Shown here: positions 56,527-64,000 of the stretch, one piece after another
Position numbering within the stretch: position 1 is the stretch's first letter
Layout: the number at the start of each line of letters is the position of its first letter
From: an uncultured Synergistales bacterium
GTDB taxonomy: Bacteria > Synergistota > Synergistia > Synergistales > Aminobacteriaceae
Length of the DNA stretch: 64,000 bases
Direction: 5' to 3'
NCBI GenBank assembly: GCA_905234075.1
Contig: CAJOGI010000007.1
Coordinates: 19,550-83,549 of the forward strand
Program-made: the position numbers and the translations under genes
The notes under the pieces: generated by a model
What the model was told of the DNA's origin: nothing
The model's input: only the letters and a program-made list of their open reading frames with translations
The model's database searches: none

Positions 56527-57351
56527 ATGAAGAAGTATATATTCCTCGTAATCATCTTGGCCTGTGTTCTTTACTTTGAGCTGGATGATGACCATGCCAA
56601 AATAGAAGTTATACGTATCGGAGTTGAGTGCGATTACCCGCCCAACAACTGGGAGGAGGACGCGCCGACCGACTCGAATGTTCCTTTAGAAAATAAAAAA
56701 GGCTTTTATGCTGAAGGCTATGACATTCAGATAGCTAAAGCAGTAGCTGAAAAAATCGGGGCAAAACTTGAAGTAAAAAAAATCGCGTGGCAGGATCTCC
56801 TACATGCTCTGAACCGGCGAGAGATTGATGCTGTCTTTTCCGGTATGCTCGACACCGAAGAGCGCAAACAAGACGCTGCTTTCTCCGACAGATACGACTT
56901 TCAGGAAGAAGAGTACGTAATTCTGGTCCATAAAAAAAGCAGATACGCCAGGGCTAAAAAATTGAGTGATTTCTACGGAGCTGTTCTCACGGGACAGAAA
57001 GGCACAGTACTGAATGACGCTGTCGGACAGATAGAAGGAGCCATTCATATCGAGCCCCTTGAAATATTCAGCGAACTGCTCGATAAACTTTTACAGCATG
57101 AGCTTGACGGCTTAATCATAAATCTTGATAGTGCTAAAATATATGAAAAAGAACACCCTGATGATTTAGTTGTGATAGCTTTCCCCAAAGGCCAGGGGTT
57201 TACTTTAGGACACAGTGGAATCTGCGCCGCCGTCCGCAAGACAGATAATCGACTCTTAAAAGAAATAAACGGCGTGTTAAAAAAACTTTCAAAGAGAGAC
57301 CGCCAAAGAATAATGGACAGGATAATTTCAAGGCAGTGGGATAATTTATAG
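56527..57351 (+). CDS. solute-binding protein family 3 paralog B (tandem duplicate of A)
   Basis: Approximately 65-70% identical to paralog A (IRIG.ECDYPPNNWEED...FYAEGYDIQIAKAVAEKIGA.LEVKKI.WQDL). The upstream sequence tttactttttttaatttttctcttaaaat is also duplicated. Confidence 0.6.
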   Translation: MKKYIFLVIILACVLYFELDDDHAKIEVIRIGVECDYPPNNWEEDAPTDSNVPLENKKGFYAEGYDIQIAKAVAEKIGAKLEVKKIAWQDLLHALNRREIDAVFSGMLDTEERKQDAAFSDRYDFQEEEYVILVHKKSRYARAKKLSDFYGAVLTGQKGTVLNDAVGQIEGAIHIEPLEIFSELLDKLLQHELDGLIINLDSAKIYEKEHPDDLVVIAFPKGQGFTLGHSGICAAVRKTDNRLLKEINGVLKKLSKRDRQRIMDRIISRQWDNL

Positions 57352-57429
57352 CTTAGTCATAAAAATCTGATATACTCTCAAAAAATATTTTTTTATAAAG
57401 GAGTGTGTATCTTCAAGTTGAATCAAAAC

Positions 57430-58497
57430 ATGCCTAAATTAAAAATAGGGAAGTATCAGCCCAAGTATCCTCTAATTCAGGGGGGAATGGGCGTTGATAT
57501 TTCAGGCCCGAATTTGGCCGGACATGTCGCTAAGTGCGGAGCAATAGGAACTATAGCAAGCGTCGGTCTTGCTCACAATTCGCCGTATTTTGCGATCGAA
57601 AAACATAATTATTTTGATGCTAATGAAATAGTTGTTAAAGAAGCCGTAGCGAAGGCCAAGAGCATTGCCGGGCCCGACGGGATTGTCGCGGTAAACTGCA
57701 TGGTAGCTCTTACGGATTACGACAGACAGGTCAGAGCTTCGGCCGAAGGTGGAGCGAATATAATAATCTCCGGCGCGGGACTGCCCCTGCGGCTTCCGGA
57801 TTATACGAAAGATTTTCACGATGTTGCGCTCGTGCCCATAGTAAGTTCAGCAAAGGCAGCGAGTTTAATTACGCGACACTGGGAGAAAAAATATAATCGT
57901 CAGCCTGACGCGTTCGTTGTCGAAGAGCCTGCGACGGCCGGAGGGCATTTAGGAGCAACGACTATTGAGCAGGTTTATGACCCGGCATTAAGGCTTGAAA
58001 AGGCCGTGCCTGATGTTGTCCGTTTTGTCGCTGAAGAAATGAAGAGCGATATTCCCGTAATCGCCGCCGGAGGTATCTGGGACAGAAAAGATTTAGAAAG
58101 AGCCTTCTCGCTTGGAGCTAAGGGTGTTCAAATGGGGACGAGATTTGCCTGTACTTATGAGGGTGATGCGTCCGACAGATTTAAGCAGGCATATATTGAC
58201 GCTAAAGAAGAGGACGTAGTTTTAATTCACAGCCCCGCAGGACTTCCGGGAAGAGCCATAAAAAATCCCTTCGTCGCGAAATATCTTGAGGGCGAAGTTG
58301 AAAGCAAGCCGTGCTTCGCAAATTGCCTGACACACTGCCGCTATAGAAAGACCCACGAGACTTTCTGCATCGCCGCCGCTCTTGTTGACGCTCAAGTCGG
58401 GAACTGGGAGACCGGATTATTTTTCTGCGGAAGCAATGTCGTTAAAGTTAATAAAGTTGAACACGTCAGCGATATTATTTCAGAATTGTTTGAATGA
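57430..58497 (+). CDS. NAD(P)H-dependent flavin oxidoreductase, nitronate monooxygenase/FabK-like family
   Basis: IQGGMG motif and a TIM-barrel NMO family pattern. The start was set at MPKLKIG. Confidence 0.65.
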   Translation: MPKLKIGKYQPKYPLIQGGMGVDISGPNLAGHVAKCGAIGTIASVGLAHNSPYFAIEKHNYFDANEIVVKEAVAKAKSIAGPDGIVAVNCMVALTDYDRQVRASAEGGANIIISGAGLPLRLPDYTKDFHDVALVPIVSSAKAASLITRHWEKKYNRQPDAFVVEEPATAGGHLGATTIEQVYDPALRLEKAVPDVVRFVAEEMKSDIPVIAAGGIWDRKDLERAFSLGAKGVQMGTRFACTYEGDASDRFKQAYIDAKEEDVVLIHSPAGLPGRAIKNPFVAKYLEGEVESKPCFANCLTHCRYRKTHETFCIAAALVDAQVGNWETGLFFCGSNVVKVNKVEHVSDIISELFE

Positions 58498-58535
58498 ACT
58501 GCCGCCGCTTCCATAAGCGGCGGCTCACATATTAA

Positions 58536-61500
58536 CTACAGCCCTATGTTAAATAAATTGTCAATCAGCTGCTGCTTAAACTGATCGCCTGTTGACTCTT
58601 CCTCGACGCTCTCGTCGCCCGGCCCGACCGGGAATTTCAGATTTAATTTGAATTGCCGGTCGTCGCGTTGTTTTTCTTCGTCCTTGTTTAATATATCGAT
58701 CGGCAAAAAATCTTCTATGGGCTTTGAAACTTCTAAGTCCAAAAGGCGTAACTCCTGCCAAGAATTTGCGAGCCTGAACGAGACGCTCTGATAGTCTCTG
58801 CGCTTCACGCCGAAGATTCGTCCTGCCGCGTCCTTCAAAAAGTTTTGAGCAAGTCCGCCGGTCATGTATTGAAAAATTCCCTTCATTGCGCCTAATAACT
58901 GGTCAAGAATTTTTAAGTCAAATCTTCCCTCGAATAAAAGATTTAAGCCCTTGCCCGGTATTCCCATTGCGCCGTTGATGTGAACGTATCTGTAGAGCGG
59001 TTCATCTTTGCCTGCGCTTGCGCCTGAGCCGGGATTAAGAAATAAATCTTTGCCGTCCCAGAAAAAAGAGCCGCTGATTTTTTCAAAGCTGATTTTTTTC
59101 GTGGGAGTAACTTTATCAATTATGCTCATCTTGTGAATATAGCCCGGTGTCGTTGAAAATTTTCCGTTCGCATAACTCATCGACATGACTCCGAAATCGC
59201 CCTTCATTGTAACTTCAGCATCTGCTTTGCCGACAAGCTCGCCTTCAGGAAGAAACGGAGCCGCCAGTTTTCCGAAGTCAAGCTCGGAAATTTTTACTTT
59301 GCCGTTAAAAATTTTCTTTGTTACGTCAACGTCAAGCGCGGAATTTATCTCGCCGCCGCTCAAAAATGCAACGCCTTTTTTCATTTCGATTTTGTTCTTG
59401 GCCTGCGAAAAAATTACGGGCAGAGAAATATTTTTTATGCTTATCTTGTCCATAATTTTTATTTCTTTTGAAGAGGCATTTATATTGATCGGCGAATTTG
59501 CCTTCGAGCTTCCCGTTACGCTGACCTTCGCAAAGCCTTTCGCTATTCCTGCCATGTTAGGCATCTGAGCTTCAATCGCGCTGTTAATGTCAAGAGGCTT
59601 CGTGTCAACGCGGTACAGCCACACGCCGTTTTTATTCTGTAAATCTATATCAGCTTCGGGCTTAAATTTTTCAACTCTTGCTCCGGCGTTGATTTTATAG
59701 TGATCAGCTTCGGGCGAATTTAATTTTGCGAACACGTCCCGAATTTCCGCCGTGCCGTAAAAAATCGGCCTTGTGATTTTTATTTCGCCTTCGGGCTTCG
59801 CGATTGTTCCTTTAGCTTTGATTTCAGCATCAATAACTCCGTCAACCGGCGAGCTTCCCATAGCGGCGGTTAAAATTTTCTTTAAGTCAAAATGTTTTAC
59901 GTTCGCATAAAAACTTATTGCACTGTCATTAAAATTTTTTTGATTGAGAGTGAATAGCCCGTTGCCTTTTATGGCGGATTTATTAATTTTCGCGTCAATT
60001 TTGCTGACTGTGATTTTTTTCATGTCGCCCCTAGCTTCGATTAAACCGTTCGGCATATCGACGAGTGAACCGGCTTTTATTTTCTCTGCTCTGACGTTTG
60101 CATGAAAGTTAGGATTTTTCGCCGTGCCTTTGACAGTAACCGCGCCCATGACTTTTCCTGAGACGGGCATGTTTTCATCTTGAAGTTTGAAGGCTCTCAA
60201 GGTCTGCTCTAAATTTATTCCATTCGTTGTAGCGTGAATGTCAATGCCGGGATTTGAAGTATTTTTCAAATTCACCGAGCCTTTTAGATTTAACGATCCG
60301 CCCGGCAAAATTGCTCTAGCGTCAGAAATATTTAATATATTGCCGACGTAGCTGACGGGTAAATCAAAATCTCCGATCCTCATTCTTTCATAGCCGAAAT
60401 TTCTAGCTTTCAAAACTGCATTCGCTTTTATTGAGTCAATGTTGTTGTAATTTCCTGACGCTTCGGCTTTTAGTCCGTACAGCCCGATAATATCTTTTAA
60501 TTCCGGCATAATAACTCTCGGCTGTAAATTTTCGGCTTGCGCTGAAAAATTAAAATCTCCCGTGTTAATGTCAGCTCCGCCCGACGCACTGATTAATCCT
60601 TTTGCGAACTCGGCAGAAAATCTTTCAAGTTCCGCTTTATTTTCGTTCACGCTGTATTTTGCAAGCGCGTTTATATTATTCACTGTAAAGCCGTTCGCTG
60701 AAATTTTATCCGAAGTTAAAGTTGTGTTGATGTCTAAATTATCTGAAATTATGGTGCGCACTGTAACTTTTCCTGAAGGCTTTTTGATTGAATTAGCGAT
60801 TTCCGGGAAAGTATTAATTAAAGTCGGAACGTCAAGATTTACGACGGAGATAACGGCCTGCGGTTTTATATTGCCTTTAGCGTCTTGGGCAGCTTCTCCG
60901 CGTGCGAATAATTTTCCTCCGAAAACCCTGCCGCTTAAATCAATTTTCGGGGCATTTTTTTTATTTAATTTTATTTTTGCCGAGAGGTCATTAACAATTT
61001 TCATTCCCATTGCAGAAATCGAAGGCATGTCGGCGTTGAGTTCGGCTACAGTGTTCGAGAGAATGTCGCCGCTTGCTATCGTGTTAATGTCAAAATCAAC
61101 ATTGCCGCCCTCGCCTTTTAATTTTAAGTCAGGAGCGAACATTGCGCCGATTTCCGTGAGAGAAATATTTTTTGCTTTGCCCTTCGCTAAAACTTTCATG
61201 TTTGAAAAATCAGCGGCCGCGCTCAAATTTAATTTTGCTGCACGTGTACTCACTGCCGCGTCAGTCAGAGAAATTAAATTTTTTCCGTCCCAGTTAAACG
61301 GCAGTTTGAAATTTAACGGAATGTCCATGATATTAGCCTTAGGCATCGAGACAACCCCTGCGGCCTTTATAAAATCTCCGTCGGCTTCGGCTGAAACTTC
61401 ACCGTCAATTATTCCCGACATTTTAATGTCTATCGGAGGCGCGAATTTTAATAACTCGTCGAGCGAAATTTTTGAAAAATTCAAATTTGCCTTCAGCGGT

Positions 61501-62171
61501 TCTAGCGTCGCGCTGAGTGAGCCCTTGCCGCTGCTGCCGATTGACAAGTCTGACGAAATAATTTCAAGCGCGTTAATATTCACAAGCGCGTTAGTTTTTA
61601 AGGGAAAAATATTTTCGCCTGAAATAATTTTTGCGTCTAAAAATAAATTTCCGGCCTCACTCAATTTTAATTCTTTTAACTCTAAATTTGAGTAAGGTGT
61701 CGCAAAATTTACGTCCTCAATAGAAATATTAAACGGGTTGAGCTTGAGGTTAAAGGGCGTTGTGTCTTCGCTTTCTTTCTTTTCTGTTGAGGCAAAATGC
61801 TCTGCGGCGGTCATAACTTTTTCTAAGTCGGAGCTCAGGCCGCGAACTGTTAGAGATTTTATGAAGGGCAGGCCGTCCATTCCTTTTAAGGCCAAGTCCC
61901 AGTCAGGACTCGCGGAAAAATAATCGAGGGTCAATAAATTTTCGTCGCCTGAAATTAATTTCACGCCGTCAACAGTAAAGCCGTTACGGACAGAGCCGTT
62001 AATGCTGTTAATTTCGAGCTGCATCGGAGCGAGGAAAAAGTTTCCTGCTCTTTGGGCCAGCGGCTGAACGAGCCACGACCCTGTATCGAACCAGAACAGG
62101 GCGGCTCCTGCGGCAATTAAGATTAAACACAGATATATAAAATATTTTATAAGCGCGGCAAAAAATCGCAC
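58536..62171 (-). CDS. large envelope protein, TamB/AsmA-like (N-terminal TM anchor, long beta-rich region, DUF490-like C-terminus)
   Basis: 1211 aa. A single N-terminal TM helix is followed by a repetitive beta-strand-rich sequence. The size and architecture match translocation-and-assembly-module TamB. Confidence 0.45.
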   Translation of the reverse strand: MRFFAALIKYFIYLCLILIAAGAALFWFDTGSWLVQPLAQRAGNFFLAPMQLEINSINGSVRNGFTVDGVKLISGDENLLTLDYFSASPDWDLALKGMDGLPFIKSLTVRGLSSDLEKVMTAAEHFASTEKKESEDTTPFNLKLNPFNISIEDVNFATPYSNLELKELKLSEAGNLFLDAKIISGENIFPLKTNALVNINALEIISSDLSIGSSGKGSLSATLEPLKANLNFSKISLDELLKFAPPIDIKMSGIIDGEVSAEADGDFIKAAGVVSMPKANIMDIPLNFKLPFNWDGKNLISLTDAAVSTRAAKLNLSAAADFSNMKVLAKGKAKNISLTEIGAMFAPDLKLKGEGGNVDFDINTIASGDILSNTVAELNADMPSISAMGMKIVNDLSAKIKLNKKNAPKIDLSGRVFGGKLFARGEAAQDAKGNIKPQAVISVVNLDVPTLINTFPEIANSIKKPSGKVTVRTIISDNLDINTTLTSDKISANGFTVNNINALAKYSVNENKAELERFSAEFAKGLISASGGADINTGDFNFSAQAENLQPRVIMPELKDIIGLYGLKAEASGNYNNIDSIKANAVLKARNFGYERMRIGDFDLPVSYVGNILNISDARAILPGGSLNLKGSVNLKNTSNPGIDIHATTNGINLEQTLRAFKLQDENMPVSGKVMGAVTVKGTAKNPNFHANVRAEKIKAGSLVDMPNGLIEARGDMKKITVSKIDAKINKSAIKGNGLFTLNQKNFNDSAISFYANVKHFDLKKILTAAMGSSPVDGVIDAEIKAKGTIAKPEGEIKITRPIFYGTAEIRDVFAKLNSPEADHYKINAGARVEKFKPEADIDLQNKNGVWLYRVDTKPLDINSAIEAQMPNMAGIAKGFAKVSVTGSSKANSPININASSKEIKIMDKISIKNISLPVIFSQAKNKIEMKKGVAFLSGGEINSALDVDVTKKIFNGKVKISELDFGKLAAPFLPEGELVGKADAEVTMKGDFGVMSMSYANGKFSTTPGYIHKMSIIDKVTPTKKISFEKISGSFFWDGKDLFLNPGSGASAGKDEPLYRYVHINGAMGIPGKGLNLLFEGRFDLKILDQLLGAMKGIFQYMTGGLAQNFLKDAAGRIFGVKRRDYQSVSFRLANSWQELRLLDLEVSKPIEDFLPIDILNKDEEKQRDDRQFKLNLKFPVGPGDESVEEESTGDQFKQQLIDNLFNIGL

Positions 62172-62342
62172 GTTAAATTCACTCTTTCAAAAAAAATTTT
62201 TCTTTAATTATATTCTAACTCAAAAAATTTAGTAAAAATACGCAGAGGAAAAATTTTTGAAAGTCTCTCGAAAAAATTTACGCTTTTAATTTTTGAATCG
62301 TCTCCGTGAAAAATTGTGAGCATTAAAAAATTTTAAGATTTT

Positions 62343-62398
62343 TGTAGTCCCCATTGTAGTCCCCAAAAAAACAGTTCCCCGATTTTTTCGAGGAACTG
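62343..62398 (-). repeat. GGGGACTAC-N3-GGGGACTAC repeat, copy 3, plus a terminator hairpin (cagttcc...ggaactg) for hydA
   Basis: The plus strand reads tgtagtccccattgtagtcccc-aaaaaaa-cagttccccgattttttcgaggaactg. It is the reverse complement of the 2741-2797 element. Confidence 0.7.
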
Positions 62399-62437
62399 CC
62401 AAAAACTATTTCATTATATCAAAAAAAATTTTTTTAA

Positions 62438-64000
62438 TTATTTTCTATGGCTGTGAAGAAGTTCATGCTCTCTGCCTTTTATTAAAGTGTCATAAATAGC
62501 GAGAGCCGTCGGGTTTTCGTTCGACTTCTTAATCTGCGTGTTCACGTCCGAAACATAAAGCCCCTGCTTGCGTGCTTCTTTAGTCCTCACTCCTGCGTGA
62601 ACGGGCTGGCCGCCTCCCATGATACAGCCGCGTCGGCACGCCATGACTTCGACAAAATGATAAAAACTTTCGCCGTTCTTAATTCTCGTCAATAGCGCGT
62701 TGGCTTCTGCGAGTCCGCTGACAACTGCCGCTTTAATTTCGTGGCCTTTGTAATGGAAGACAAACTCACGCAGCGGGCCGGGACCTCTCACGCCGCTGTG
62801 GCGAAGTTCCTCGATCGCTGAACGTTCCGGGCCTTCGCAAAGCGTACGCAGTGCTGCCTCCATAACTCCGCCGGAATTTCCGAAGATAACGCCTCCGCCC
62901 GACCCCATTCCGAAAGGCATATCTGCGGCTTCGCTTTCAAGCCTGTCGAACTGAATACCGGCACGCTTAATCATCGTTATCATTTCTTCAGTCGTGATTA
63001 CGTAATCGACATTCTGAATGCCGTCGCGCTTCAAATCTTCACGCAAAATTTCAGCTTTCTTGGCCGTGCATGGCATGACAGCAACGGAGAGAATTTTCTT
63101 GCCCTCGTTCTTCGCCGGGTCTTTGAAGTATTCACGGGCAACGGAGCCAAGCATTTGAAGGGGCGAGTAGCTTGTCGAGATGTTCGGCACAAATTCCGGC
63201 CAGCGTTTTTCGCAGAACGCAACCCACGCCGGGCAGCATGAAGTGAATAACGGGAAGGGCCCGCCTTTTTCAAAAATCTCTAAAAATTCTTTGCTCTCTT
63301 CTAAAATTGTCATGTCCGCGCCGAATGTCGTATCGTAAACTTCATCAAAGCCTAAACGGTGAAGAGCCGCGACAATTTTTCCCATGACGTTCTCGCCGCG
63401 TTCGCCTCCGAAAGCCTGACCGGCCGCAACTCTTACGGCAGGAGCGACTTGGGCAATAACTTTAACGTTAGGATCTGAAAGAGCTTCCCAGACCGGGCGA
63501 ATGTTCGTGTTAATGCTGATTGCTCCGGTCGGACAGACGACACGGCACTGGCCGCAGTTCACGCAGTCAGTTTTAGCGATGTCCTTATTAAATGCCGGGC
63601 TGACCATTGCTTCTGTTCCGCGATGTGAAAAATCGATAGCGTTTACGCCCTGAATACCCTCGCAGACTCTCACGCAGTCGCCGCATAAAATACATTTGTT
63701 CGGATTTCTCACGATTGAAGGCGAGCTGAAATCTATCGGGTGATGTCCTTTATGAGCCGGATATGAAACTCTTTCAACGCCAAGCCTGTGGGCTAATCTC
63801 TGTAAATCGCAGTCGCCGCTCTTGACGCATGAGGTACAGTCGCGGTCGTGGGACGCAAGCAATAACTCAATAATCATTCGACGATATTTAACAAGTCTGG
63901 GCGTGTTCGTCTTTATGCTCATTCCGTCTCTGGGTCTTTCTGAGCATGACGCAAAAATTCTGCCTCTGTCGTCCTCAACGTTGCACAGCCTGCACGCGCC
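62438..64000 (-). CDS. hydA: [FeFe]-hydrogenase catalytic subunit HydA (partial; N-terminus beyond the window end)
   Basis: H-cluster motifs L1 TSCCPAW, L2 MPCTAKK and L3 EVMACRRGCIMGGGQ. Ferredoxin-like CxxCxxC motifs. The frame stays open upstream of the annotated Met to position 64000 (GACRLCNVEDDRGRIFASC...). Confidence 0.85.
   Translation of the reverse strand, partial: GACRLCNVEDDRGRIFASCSERPRDGMSIKTNTPRLVKYRRMIIELLLASHDRDCTSCVKSGDCDLQRLAHRLGVERVSYPAHKGHHPIDFSSPSIVRNPNKCILCGDCVRVCEGIQGVNAIDFSHRGTEAMVSPAFNKDIAKTDCVNCGQCRVVCPTGAISINTNIRPVWEALSDPNVKVIAQVAPAVRVAAGQAFGGERGENVMGKIVAALHRLGFDEVYDTTFGADMTILEESKEFLEIFEKGGPFPLFTSCCPAWVAFCEKRWPEFVPNISTSYSPLQMLGSVAREYFKDPAKNEGKKILSVAVMPCTAKKAEILREDLKRDGIQNVDYVITTEEMITMIKRAGIQFDRLESEAADMPFGMGSGGGVIFGNSGGVMEAALRTLCEGPERSAIEELRHSGVRGPGPLREFVFHYKGHEIKAAVVSGLAEANALLTRIKNGESFYHFVEVMACRRGCIMGGGQPVHAGVRTKEARKQGLYVSDVNTQIKKSNENPTALAIYDTLIKGREHELLHSHRK

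Noticed and set aside
60562-61695. 377-aa plus-strand ORF inside the TamB-like gene
   Set aside because: It is antisense to a long, well-supported minus-strand CDS, with low-complexity translation and no RBS.
1-64000. CRISPR arrays, integrases, transposases, phage structural genes
   Set aside because: No regularly spaced 25-40 bp repeat array with unique spacers was found. The heptamer repeats are tandem, not spacer-containing. There are no recognisable integrase, transposase or phage proteins among the ORFs.

Overview
This 64 kb window is a gene-dense chromosomal segment with AT-rich intergenic DNA. SLH-domain proteins, a TamB-like protein, an [FeFe]-hydrogenase and cobT suggest an anaerobic, probably diderm bacterium; this is inference and no taxon is claimed. 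Recognisable housekeeping genes are ribD (partial), folK-era-cdd, xth, glmS, cobT, dnaJ, alaS-ruvX, cysK-cysE, mnmA, PBP1A, a livKHM(G)F branched-chain amino-acid ABC operon, tRNA-Arg and tRNA-Ser, and a partial hydA. Four things stand out. (1) An AT-rich two-gene insertion sits between alaS and ruvX: an RNHCP-domain zinc-ribbon protein plus a DUF262/DUF1524 GmrSD-type nuclease, a candidate defence islet. (2) A pervasive family of tandem heptamer repeats (TAGGAGT/TAGGAAT/TAGGAGG) occurs at gene boundaries in at least 14 places. These repeats often form terminator hairpins and in places supply the stop codon or terminal codons of genes. (3) A second composite element, terminator hairpin plus GGGGACTAC-N3-GGGGACTAC, is present three times. 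(4) Other notable items: an Ile/Val/Leu-rich leader peptide with attenuator upstream of livK; a decayed livG; a secreted GH3–GH13 fusion glycosidase; a ParA-like ATPase translationally coupled to a secreted TPR protein; and a Cpx/Zra-like two-component module with a His/Pro-rich secreted peptide and a CpxP/Spy-like protein.
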